A DNA stretch of 64,000 nt, from positions 52,408,254 to 52,472,253 of the forward strand of contig NC_057718.1 in the NCBI RefSeq assembly GCF_004010195.1. The letters are read 5' to 3'. This document shows, piece after piece, positions 12,001 to 24,114 of the stretch (position 1 is the stretch's first letter; each line of letters opens with the position of its first letter). The notes under the pieces were generated by a model, which saw nothing but the letters and a program-made list of their open reading frames with translations, had not been told where the DNA came from and ran no database searches. A program made the translations under genes and the position numbers. The DNA comes from Chiloscyllium plagiosum (lineage: Eukaryota).

Positions 12001-15000
12001 CCAATACTCAAATAAGCACAAGCAATGATCAGCTGCTTTGATCCTTCATGAGGTACAACTAAGCACTGTAGGATGACAGTGTATAGTTGCAATAGATTCT
12101 TATCTGTCTTTTCACCACCCCAAGAACACAGGGAAAATGATTGAGAAGCCCCACTAAATTTTTTATTCATTACTAGAATGCTTATACATATATTTTAGGA
12201 AGTTTATATTTTATTTGTCACTCAGTCCTTGTTACAGTTATAAAATGTCATGCAATTTAACAGCTCATCGACAGTGATGTGTTTTAATATACATAGTTAA
12301 ACTCGGCCATGTAATTTTCAACATGCATGTGTTAGGATAACATTTTTTGTGCAACTGACATTTCAAGTATGCCAGAGACTCAAGCATCAAAGACTAAATG
12401 CAAAATTTGAAATGATAAGAAAGCTGTATCACTTCTACAACTTTGGGGTAGTTTTTTAAAAGATGAGCTCTGATGAGGAAAATGTTATGTCAATTAGTAT
12501 TTTGAAGTTATTAAAAATACTTGGCATATTAAAATAAAATTGGTTTTACACAGGTGGTTGTAAATTTGACCAAACATATATTGGATAGTCAATCTGATCA
12601 TTATTTATTGTTTATGCAGGAAATGATTTAAATGCCACTTCTTTTCAAGTCATTGACAGAACTGCCAAATCTGTTTACAGAGGCAAATTAATGTTTCAGC
12701 TATTGTTTGTCTGCCAAGGTGAGATCCTGTGCTGTTGTGAAATATGTTTCCAGTAATCAGGTCAAAAATAGACTAAATCATTGCATATGCATTGGCAGAT
12801 TCAAGCAACAGGGAATACTGGAACTGAAACATGCAAAACCAGAAATGTAAAACAAGCAACCACTTTCCTACAAACCTGCCCGAGCAGTGATTTTTATAAT
12901 TAAAACTGAAGGAAATGTATGAGGTGACTAGATAGCTGAAGCAATATGCAAACATATAAGAATTAACTAATAATACAACCAAGAAACGAAGCTTCAATGA
13001 ACAACCAACAATGGAAATAAGTAGGAAGATAAAAGTAAGAAGTAAGTTTATACATGTTCTGCAGATATGTATTTATTAAGGAGACATAAACCTGTCAGGT
13101 CCGACATGTGCCAAAACAATCTATGTGGATTTAAATGAATATCTAATCAAATAGCAGAGGTTTCTAAATAAACCAAATAGGTTTGATAATTCCAAACTTT
13201 TATACAGAGAAATGAGGCTCCTTCCCGATAATTAACAGGAATTTTAATTTCATGATTTAATTACATTTATTCCGAATATGAACATATCACTTGAAACTTT
13301 GAATCAAGTAAATGGAGGTTGGGGCCAGAATGCAGTGAAACATTTCTGCACTCGACCATATGAGTGCCGGAACATGGTGCACAGGTCTAAATCCAGAAGA
13401 AGTGCAATCTGACCAGCAAGCAAATATATTCACTGTTTGATAGGGACTCACCACTGGAGATCTAAAGGACCAGTCCCTGACATTGATCAGCAGTAGGAAC
13501 ATGGGCTTAGTAAGTTTGCAGCTAATGGAGGGTAAATAAAGCTGAGGGAAGGTATAGCTCCAGTTCATTTTTGTTTCACTTCATCCCAGCGGAAATAGAA
13601 TAATATAATTTATTCAGTTTTCTGAGCCTTAACTAACACTATTTTATCTTGGCACAAAATTGGCCCTGGAGAAATGATGGCCTGTGGGGATTGCAAGCAG
13701 CGTGCTGAGATGTAGTGGAGACAATAATTGTGAAGAGGGTAAACTGAAAGTTTAAGGGGAGGAGAAATACACCATTGGAGGACATACAATAGAGGACATT
13801 GCTGTGAACTGGGTGGGGTCATCGATGGTCACAATCACCATGGCTTTGACAGGGGGACAGTACAACATGACTGTTGGCATGGATAAGGCAATTATCCAGG
13901 AGGTAATGTTGGGAAATAAAGACTGAAGTGAAGGATTGGGTGGGAAAGAGTGGAAGCTTATTACTGATCGGGTTGACAATGAGTGCAAAGGAAAGAGGAA
14001 CATGAATGCTGAGGAAGGAGGATGGGGTCTTGATTATCAGACCAAACCTCTAACTTTCATTGCTAAGTGCAAGCTGTGTTGTCTGTCATTCCCTTTAGAA
14101 CAGTAAAAACGCAACAAAAAATAGACATGACTACACCAGAGAGGGCATAGCAAGCAGTTCTGTTCCCCATCTGAGAAGGCGGGCTGTATCTGTGAGTGAT
14201 TTGAAGCCCTTCAAGGGACATTTGCATTAATAGACCAATTCCACAGTGCTAAGTGGAGACATCTGTAACAATAGTACCCAAATGTGAAACACATACAGTA
14301 TCCAACTCTGTGGTCTTCAAATTCTGATTACAAGCAATCTTAACTACACCATTGGTCTTTACAGATTGATCATAGAGTTCTCTGTGAAGCAAAGTAATCA
14401 CAAGCGATCTTAAAAGTGGCACCTACACACCACTGTCCACAAAGACAATCCAAGTTCCCATTTGCTGCACATGGAATGGACCTGATTTCCTCTCATATTA
14501 AATGGCAAGTATTTGCCAACCTGCTGTCATATGTAATGCAGCTTTTATTGGGTGAAGTGGGTGGTGGATTGGGGGTGGAAACAAGACACCTGTAAGTGTA
14601 TAGCACTTCCAGGCAACATGGCTTGTGTTGCATACATTAGAATAAGTTTTCCTCTGTCAAAAGGTCCACACAAAATTATTCCTTGTCACAGCCCTTTATG
14701 CCCCAACGTAGAGAGGACTATGCTATACTTGCATTTGTGACTGTTGCAAATGTTGACTGATCAACTAAGAAGCTGTTCTGTTTCTGATAGTCCCCTTATA
14801 GGTTCATTGAAACTGACCAATGAATCTAACCACAGCAAGGATCACCATTGCTGTTGCTTGCACAGCTACAAATGCACAGAGAAATGGAAGAGGAACAGAT
14901 GCTCCAGTAAATCCAAGAACCGCAACAAACTCTAACGACTGCTGATTAGCTTTCATATAAAGAAATCACAGTGGAAGGTTCCCTCAGGATGGTCCTCTGG

Positions 15001-15599
15001 GAAGTATAGGTGTCTATCATCCACAAAGCTGTTTCCTTCAGATGACCAAGGTGTATTGCCACCACAGGTAGAGAATATCCCAGGACACTGTCACAGAACT
15101 ATGTTAGCTGCTGGAGTGGGACCCATATCCTGAAGTGGTTTGCGGCCATCCTACAATTGCTACCATATTAATTCTTAGCAATAAGCACTTTGAACTTATT
15201 TATTTTTGTTACCTCCAGCAGTTTTGTGCTCTGCTTTCTTTTCCCCAATTCTCCCAACTACTCCAACGTCATTGTTCTTAGTTTTTCTCCTTGCATTAAT
15301 TCATTTGTAAGTAATGGTCCCAAATTTCCATGTTGTAGTTTTACCAAATCTGTACTAAATGTGGTAAGTTTGTTTTGGAGAGCTGTTTCCACCAGAATTA
15401 GGTGGGCTGGCTGAAATGCATATCTGCTGGAAAAATCATTGGTATAAACTGTGTTCCTGTTGCTGTATCTGTTTGGAAACTACACCAAAGCTTTTAAAAT
15501 GTCAGTTCGAGTTGTAGATTTCTACAGCAGGCTAGGGAGCACTAGGTAAGTGCCAAACAGGTCACCTCAATTCAATTCAATGGATGCCACATGAGTGTT

Positions 15600-16500
15600 G
15601 TTGTGCCATCTTTCAAGTATGCTACCATAGCAGCAGCTATCAGATGCAGGCAGACAGGGGTCAAGGACATGGTGCAAGCGTGTAAAAGCCCACAACTACA
15701 AATGGATTTTGCTGATCTGATTTATTGATGAAATAGAGCAAAGGAGAGGCACACTGCCAGCTGTTCATGGGAAGAAACAACCAAGAAATATCCTGCATGT
15801 CATTTGAAGGGCAGTGATATTGGTATTGAATACTAATTCTCTCATGCCTAGGATTGCAGACATTCAATCCAAAAGAGTTAATGAGCTGACAAGGGCAAGC
15901 ACTTTTACTTTTCTTTCTGTATGCACCATAGGTGCCAGCACACTCTTTCCCTCAAAAGTTAACAAGTACACAAAATCATCCTTCATAATGTAGTCTGGTT
16001 GAGGAGGCCATTAATACAGGATTTTGCATGTTACTACTTATCTCCCACAACAGCTGTTGGCTGCATAAACAGCGCAAAAAATAAGCCCTCCATTTTCATG
16101 AAATGATAACAGTACATTTCTTTCTTCATTCACTCTATGCTACCTGCACACTCAGAATTGCTAACCTTGAACTCATTTATTACAACTCATGCAGAGCAAA
16201 CTGGCACAAAATGCCAAGGCGGGATATGCCCATGGAGCTGTTGGGGTGCCATTCTACTCTTGTCACAGGCTTAGGGGTGACACCATGTTAGTGAGTGAAA
16301 ACGTACTGCAGCATCCTTTGTGGAGTATCAGATTACCACAACTTACTATCCCATTCTTTACCTCTTTAATCCCCAAGGGGCAAGTATGCTCACCCATTCT
16401 CAATTTCTACTCTCTAATTAAATTTCTTGCACAGAGGGAATATTAGAGGGAAAAAGAGTATGATGAGGAGGAGGAAATGAGATTCAACTTTTTTCTCAAA
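15600..16500 (+). mobile_element. Possible highly decayed PIF/Harbinger remnant
   Basis: IDEIEQRRGTL near 15725 resembles the start of Harbinger Myb/SANT-like proteins. An acidic GAG-rich end lies near 16460. Weak support. Confidence 0.3.
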
Positions 16501-17059
16501 GCTCATTAAGATGAAGACAGCAAGGACATAATTATGATGAACTTAATGAAGGTGACAGAAGTGTTTCTGCAGCATGTTTGTGCTCCATGTTACACTATTC
16601 CAACCTTTTTCAGTTTTCTTGTGTCATTTGATTTTTCTTCATTTCACGTGGCTCAGATTCTTTACCTGGTGGAAATTATATTGGGTTCATGAGGATGGGG
16701 ATAAATGACTGAAAGAGTACAAAGTAAAATGAAGAGTTATTTTGAAAGCTGCACCTATTTGAAAGAAAGGCTGCTGGGTGTCCAGGAATCACGGCAACCA
16801 GAATTTCTGGTCATCCAAAACAAAGATTTATTGATAGACATTATGCTTCCCCACCTCTGAAATCAGCTTCCAAAGACTTAGAAGTACAACTTTCTACTTT
16901 GCAGTTATCGATTTTCACTACATCGAGAACCTGTTCTTTGTTGCAACTATATCAGAAACTGCAACAGAACCATACATAAGAGGTGCCCACAGATGAATCA
17001 GTGCCTCTACCACCACAGAAGTATAGACTATTGCCCTATTAGCAGATGACAGCCTATAT

Positions 17060-17320
17060 GGGGTGGCATGGTGGCTCAGTGGGTAGCACTGCTGCCTCAC
17101 AGCACCAGGGTCCCACGTTCGATTCCAGCCTCAGGTGACTGCGTGGGTTTCTTCCCATGGTCCAAAGATGTGCAGGTTAGGTGAATTGGCCATGCTAAAT
17201 TGCCCATAGTGTTAGGTGCATTAGTCAGAGGAAATGGACCCGGGTGGGTTAGTTTTCAGAGGGTTGGTGTGGACTTGTTGGGTCAGAGGGCCTGTTTTCA
17301 CACTATAGCAAATCTAATCT
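17060..17320 (+). mobile_element. HE1-type SINE with two internal deletions
   Basis: A box TGGCTCAGTGG, B box GTTCGATTCC and tail AATCTAATCT. The central block is largely missing relative to 17896-18211. Confidence 0.9.
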
Positions 17321-17895
17321 TATACCAGATACAAGTGACTGGGATGAATATCACTTAACAGAGATTCCATTATCCAAAATCCCACGCTGGGCTACCAGCC
17401 CCATGATCACAAGGACATAAATAGGATGGCAATAGCTGCAGAATTGACACCCGAAGCTATAATTTTTCAGGGGATTCGCCTCTGACACAAGCTTTAATCT
17501 CATCCTCAACCTCTTGGAATAAAGGTTCTGCAGTTTCACCAGCTCATTCCTGGGAATGAAGTGCCATCAAAAAAGGATCACCTTGTTCCTGAAGCTCTTC
17601 TTCTTAAACATGAGGGCCAATCACCATGAAAGATACTGACCTAGGTGAATCACCAGCAGGGTAGTGAAAAATGTTTACTTGCAAATAAATTGCTTATGCT
17701 CACTTTGTACTTTATTAAAGTAGAATGTGCACTAATGACATGACTGGCTATTCATGGGTGTTAGATTCAGACTTGAAATGGGGCACCTGCTTTAGATCAT
17801 TTTTGTTGGAATGTTCCTGTATGGGCAAAGCAACCTCATTATACAGAATTGCATTCAGTAAACAACACATAAACAGACTCTTTGGTCTCAATGGT

Positions 17896-18211
17896 CGTGG
17901 TGGCACAGTGGATCTGTGGTTAGCACTGCTGCCTCACAGCACCAGAGATCCGGGTTCAATTCCCGCCTCAGGTGACTGACTGTGTGGAGTTTGCACATTC
18001 TCCCCGTGTCTGCGTGGGTTTCCTCTGGGTGCTTCGGTTTCCTCCCACAGACCAAAAATGTGCAGGTTAGGTGAATTGGCCATGCTAAATTGCCCATAGT
18101 GTTAGGTGAAGGGGTAAATGTAGGGGAATGGGTCTGGGTGGATTACGCTTCGGCAGGTCGGTGTGGACTTGTTGGGCCGAAGGGCCTGTTTCCACACTGT
18201 AGGGAATCTAA
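17896..18211 (+). mobile_element. HE1-type SINE, full length
   Basis: B box GGTTCAATTCC, central block, and 3' GGACTTGTTGGGCCGAAGGGCCTGTTTCCACACTGTAG. Confidence 0.92.
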
Positions 18212-19789
18212 GCTTGTGATTTCAAATAAACCTGTTGGTCAGTAACCTGGTGCCATGTGACCTCTGACGTGATTACTTTACAATGATGATTTACAGCTTT
18301 ACACTGCCTCACAAATGGGAGCATTGGCCAGAATTTTATCAGCTTATTCTGGGACCGACTTGGTGGAGCACCATTTGCAGGTTAGGAATTTAAATGGTGA
18401 AGGAATGAATTGTGCTGAGGTTTCTTCCCAGAGCCATGCCATTATCATCCCTTTGTTGAGATAAAGCACGTCCATTCTGTTAAAATAAGAATTTCCAGTT
18501 AAAGTGAACTACAGCTTGGGGTTGGAGGGCTCACTGACACTTAGACTGTTGAGACTGCACAACCATAGGAATGGAGAAGATACCTGACGCTTTGTCAGCT
18601 ACTGCTGCCCACACACCAGAAAGAAGATTTGTTCCGCAGGACTAAAAAATGTCAGCAGCTACCTACTTTCAGAGCCAGACTCTCCTGAAGCACAAATGCT
18701 CACATATCTCAAGAGACCTGAACTCAGCTTGTAGACCTATTGTTAAGGGGCTCCCAACTTAACAGATGAGACTCAGTTTTCGTCCTTTCAACCCTGTGGA
18801 GAGGCAGATGACTGAGAAGAAAGCGGCCGGACAGGGTGTTACTGCATATGCTGTTGCTTTTCACCTTGCCCTTCAGAGGTACAATGTGTAGCTGCAATAG
18901 CTGCCTCTGTGCCATGGTGAATGCTGGCAACAGTACCCGAATAAAGTGGCATACAAGTAAACTTCCTTCCAAGAAACTGGCAATCACCTGTCAAGTAGTG
19001 ATAGCACTCATTGACATATGCAGTACTTTGATCAGCATCTTCTCACCTTGCTGAAGCTTTCCAGTTTCACTCGTCAAAGCTTTTCTGGCTCGTCTGTTTT
19101 TACTGAAGAGGTTTTTCTCACTGCAATTGTGTCTGTGTGACATTAGTGAGTTGCTGACAGGTTAGGGAGTAGACACCCTGACTGTTAAATCTAAGAGAGG
19201 AGAATAAATCTTAATTGACTTAAGTACCCTAAGTTCTTTCCCAACAGATATAAACGGTGCTCTCTTTGAATCCTGCCACCAGTTGTTTGTTCGAAATCCA
19301 CCTTTGAGTCTACTCTAGACCTTTCACAGTTTTAAAGACCACCATCAGCATCATCTTCACAAATATTGTCAGGTTTAAGGATGGTTCTGGATAAACGGAT
19401 TGGTTGTTTTATGCAGATGAAAAAGAAGCAGTCACAAGTAACTTGAGTAACCATTAAATCAAAGAGAAGACTTGAAGGAACCAGGTTTGGAGGAGCTTCA
19501 ATGGTGATACTTCGGCTATGCATATGAAGTAGCAAGATGTAGCTCATCATTCAAAAGCATTCAATAACCCATGACTTTATTTTTCTCTTAAGCAGGTTAG
19601 GAGGGCCTGAATTTTAAAGAATGAATTCATATTCTGGGGTATTGTGTTTTAAAAAGAAACTTAAGAAGTCTTCTGCATCAGCTCAATGGCGTACAATCTG
19701 TGATTCCTGGATAGTAGGAAAGGCTGCAACAACAGCTGGAATTTTCCCATTTGTGCTTAAAATGTGGTAGCGAGGAAGCTTCATAATGC

Positions 19790-20720
19790 CCAGTCTGCCA
19801 GAAGAAACTTTTCTCATGCAATTGTCCACTCTTCATCTGATTAACTATGTAACTGGGAGGTTGAGGACCCTTCTTTGAGAATCACATTGGCAGGCAGGCA
19901 GAGGTTTTCCCAGGTGGAGTCTGCATAATCTTATCATTGTCTTGCTGGTCCCAGCTTACATGTACCTCGCTGTCTCAGGAACCTCAGTCCAGCACATTCA
20001 GTGTCTGCTGGGTATGTGCATATACCTGTACTTCAGTCCCCTAGCTCTCAGTGCCCTGCATCAATGGCAAGGTGAGATGGAAACAAGTTCAACTTCACTC
20101 CCAACCGCCCTGCCTCTCAAGGATACAAGATGTGCCAACAATTCCCAGAAAGACTAGGAAAGGTGTCATGAGCAATGTATCGAGATGCTACCCCTTATCT
20201 CCCCAAAGCAATTCTTGTATCATCTGAGAACCTTGGAAGGAGGCAAGAGCATCATGGCATCTCCCAGGATCTCTAGTGCATACCTCCAGGATTTGGCCTT
20301 GAGCGTGACATATATTTTGGATATGCTTGGAGCGAAACTTTTTTTCTGTTGACACTAAGGTGCTGTCAAAAACAACTTGCTTGTAGCTGATAGCACCCTG
20401 CACATGACAAAAGTAAATATCGGCGGAGAGGACCATTACCCAAAATGCTCAACTTTCATCGTCAGATGGAATGATACGGGTGAAGCTATTTAGAATCAAT
20501 GCCATCAGTTACATTTTGGATGCCCTTGTGGATCAAGGATGAGGAGATGCCACATAGGTGCCCACCTGACCCTTGAAGCAAGCCACTGACGGAAAAGTTC
20601 AGGGCAGCTATGACCTCAGCGGTCACTTAAATGAGATTATTTCCCAGACTTTCTAAGCATTGGTCCTTCTCCAATAGATGATATAATTCAGGCACGATGT
20701 AGAAGGATATGATTAATTGA
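19790..20720 (-). pseudogene. PIF/Harbinger transposase relic (HARBI1-like DDE)
   Basis: Minus-strand translation gives VIAALNFSVSGLLQGSGGHLCGIS...IHKGIQNVTD, then VQGAI, ILEVCTRDPGRCHDA and LLWGDKG*..LLMTP. These match the Harbinger motifs GSFQ, GAIDCTH, PGS.HD and LGDKGYPL. In-frame stops are present. Confidence 0.8.
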
Positions 20721-22171
20721 TGGCTACACTGAATTGTAGGCAGTTGACAAAAATGACAGTGAGGTCTGTAGATCTGGGGGGCTCATCATTTACTTTGGCC
20801 TTGATCTGTTGCTTTTCCATCTGCAGTATATGCAACAGCCAATGAATATTGCTGCACGCTCTGACAAAGTTGTAATTGCTGTCACTTTTAAGTAGTTTCT
20901 GGAGTTGCACCAAGGCCACAATGACTCCAGAGATGTCCTACTTCATGTGAGATCCTTGAGCAGATTATCTGTGGGAATGTCAGAATGACACATAATTTTA
21001 TTGAAGGAACTCCTGAGCCCTTACATCCATTGCAATGCAGCCGCATGTTATACACTCACAGTGTGGCATGGAGGCTTCCCAAGGAGGTCAATGTCAGGTC
21101 TCCAAAAGAATCTCTAAGCTATGTGACCTTAACCAATTGTACATTGTACAACCAATTTTCATGCCATATTAGGAGTGGAACTCTGCTCATAAGACACTAC
21201 AATAATCCTCTGTCTCCCCTATCTTTGACAGAACACATCCCCGCCAACCACAAAGAAAAGATTCCCCTTCAAAGTGCATGCCATGCCTTTGTAATTCATG
21301 TCACTTCAATGTGCAAAGCTGACAGCTGCGCAGTATTGTCTCCTGCAGCTTACTCAGAAATGGGTTTGTGAATTGGGACCTTGAGGTCTGCTTTTCAGTA
21401 CATTGCTCTCATTATGCTTTCTAGGCTTAATAGACAAGGAGGTAATTTCATCCAACATAATGCTTATGATTGCTTGAAGCCATTAAAAAAAATGAACGAC
21501 CTGCTGAAGGTTCCAACATCATTTCAGTATGAGTCACTTTCAGGCTCCATCAATAACACAAAAGTTTCCTCCAACCCTTCATGTCCTCACTATCGTGGCC
21601 ACCCTTTGATGGCCTTTCAGCCTCTCCCACCCCAGTCCAATTGAGCCCCTTTACATTTACTATTAACATGTGCACTTTACCACCCCAGATTCATAACTTT
21701 GGAAATTCCCAATAGCCTTATTAGACCTGCAGGCTCCCTATGTGAGGTCAGAATTACCATCATTTATTTGATGCCGCCCTTCCATAGTGCCAATTCCTCA
21801 CCTTCATTCACTATGAAGAGCTTGCCTTCTATCCACAATTGTGCTCTATCACTGTCACTATTCCCTAAGATGCCCAGACCAATTAAGCCCATGCCCAGAT
21901 TTGAGTTACCCACTTGCCCCAGGATTTCCTGACCATTGTTAGCCAAAGCATTGTGACTAAACACGATCCAATTTAAGTCTGAGTTGGCAGGACACTGCTG
22001 AAAGACCACAGCCCACCCCAGACTATTGTTTCCACAGAGCCCTGACTATTGTATTCAGGGGAACCTTGATTATCTGAACGAGATGGGCAGGCACAATTTC
22101 ATTCGGATAATCGATTAATCGATATTCGGATAATCCCACCCCCAACCCCCCCACCCCCGCTCCCAACCACA

Positions 22172-22560
22172 NNNNNNNNNNNNNNNNNNNNNNNNNNNNN
22201 NNNNNNNNNNNNNNNNNNNNNNNNNNNNNNNNNNNNNNNNNNNNNNNNNNNNNNNNNNNNNNNNNNNNNNNNNNNNNNNNNNNNNNNNNNNNNNNNNNNN
22301 NNNNNNNNNNNNNNNNNNNNNNNNNNNNNNNNNNNNNNNNNNNNNNNNNNNNNNNNNNNNNNNNNNNNNNNNNNNNNNNNNNNNNNNNNNNNNNNNNNNN
22401 NNNNNNNNNNNNNNNNNNNNNNNNNNNNNNNNNNNNNNNNNNNNNNNNNNNNNNNNNNNNNNNNNNNNNNNNNNNNNNNNNNNNNNNNNNNNNNNNNNNN
22501 NNNNNNNNNNNNNNNNNNNNNNNNNNNNNNNNNNNNNNNNNNNNNNNNNNNNNNNNNNNN
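22172..22560. other. Assembly gap
   Basis: Run of N. Confidence 1.
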
Positions 22561-22898
22561 ATCCTGTCCAACACCACCCCCTCACCCCAACCCTGTCCAA
22601 CCCTGCCTCCTGCCCACCCCACCCCCAACCCCATCCAACACCGCCCACCCGTGTGCCCCGTCCCCTATCCGGGGCAGCCAGATGGTACACCAACAATAAG
22701 ATTGATGCTGCTTCTGTGCCTTTGTGGGGTAAGTCTCCAAATAGCGTGCACACACACACACAGCCACAGCCACACACAACTTTTTACTGCAAGGTTTTGA
22801 CAGGTTCCACCTTTGCCCTGTACAGGACAATGTTGGAGAGATGATTTGGGGATGGAGGTTTAGGGCACACCCCTCCTTAGAACTCCAGGGAAAGTGTG

Positions 22899-22900
<2 letters not shown>

Positions 22901-22929
<29 letters not shown>
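22901..22929. repeat. (GA)n microsatellite
   Basis: About 14 GA units. Confidence 0.95.
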
Positions 22930-22932
<3 letters not shown>

Positions 22933-23747
22933 GGGAGGTCAGTCATTTGGAGATGGTACCTGTTTAATCACTGTAAACAAAAGACGTGATCACTGTTGGA
23001 AACAGTGTTGATGTAATGTTTCTGTCAGGACCTCAAGATCTCCTTCAGATAATCCGATTTCCAGATAATTGATATTTGGATAATCGAGGTTCCTCTGTAT
23101 ATAGTTCTAGGTGCTTGCACTTGACCTACATGAGAAGCCATGCACCAGTCCCTGGATTGCAAGGACAAAGATTCTTGAGCTCATGTGGGACCAAGTGTCT
23201 GATGAACCATAGCTGAACCCCTGTAGCGTTATTGGATGAACCCTCTGTCTGACCGAAGGTTACCTCTTTTGTTTTAATGCTTCTGATATCATCACTGTGT
23301 CATTGCATAAGGGTATAATGATCTCAGACTCTATCTAAGTCTGGGTTTACGTGGCATGACATGCTGATGGAAATATGCCACTGTTTATAACTAATTATCT
23401 TAATGTTAACCCAGACATGGATGTGCCTGCAATATTTGTATATATTAGCAAATGGTGAGAAATACCTGGTGGATCTTTCAGACCACACTACCCACATCCT
23501 AGTTTTTTATGTTATGATGGATAACATAAGAATTGCCACATTAGCTAAAGTTACCCTGCTGTTGGAAAAACACATATCACCCCAACTGACAGGGGTTATC
23601 CTTCACCTTACAAAGCACTGCTCCCCCTGACCTTCACACATAGCCATTTGTTCCAAGCACATGATGTGTGTTTGTGATTAAACTGCTATTACATGCTAGA
23701 GTTCTGATGTTATGACATGTCTATCCCCTGTCTGACAGATGGATTAG

Positions 23748-24114
23748 GGTGCCACTATCACTTAGTGGTTAGTACTGCTGCCTCACAGTGCCAGGAACCC
23801 ACGTTCAATTCCATTCTTGGACAACTGTCTGTGTGAAATTTGCACATTCTCCCCATGTCTGCATGGGTTTCCTCCAGCTGCTCCAGCTTCCTTCCACAGT
23901 CCATAGGTGTGCAGGTTAGGTGGATTGGCCATGCTAAATTGCCATATAGTGTCCAAAGATGTGTTGGCTGGGTAGACTAGCCATGGGAAATGCAGGGTTA
24001 CACGTATCAAGTAGGGTCTGGGTCAGGGTGGGATGGTTTTCGGAGGGTCAGTGTGGACTCAAAGGGCTGAGTGGCCTGCTTCACTACTGTAGGGACACTA
24101 TGATTCTATGATTC
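23748..24114 (+). mobile_element. HE1-type SINE, older and longer subfamily
   Basis: B box GTTCAATTCC and the central block are present. It has an extra segment near 23950-24010 and an octamer-type tail TATGATTCTATGATTC. Confidence 0.88.

Larger units (their letters stand above)
22056..23097. mobile_element. Tigger/pogo-like non-autonomous DNA transposon (MITE-like), contains an assembly gap
   Basis: Left end CAGGGGAACCTTGATTATCTGAA. The right end reverse-complemented is CAGAGGAACCTCGATTATCCAAA. The right flank is TA (left flank TT), and GATAATC motifs repeat subterminally. Confidence 0.8.

Noticed and set aside
18212..18268. Fragment resembling the terminus of a third PLE family
   Set aside because: Under 60 bp with no second copy or hammerhead core in the window to confirm it.
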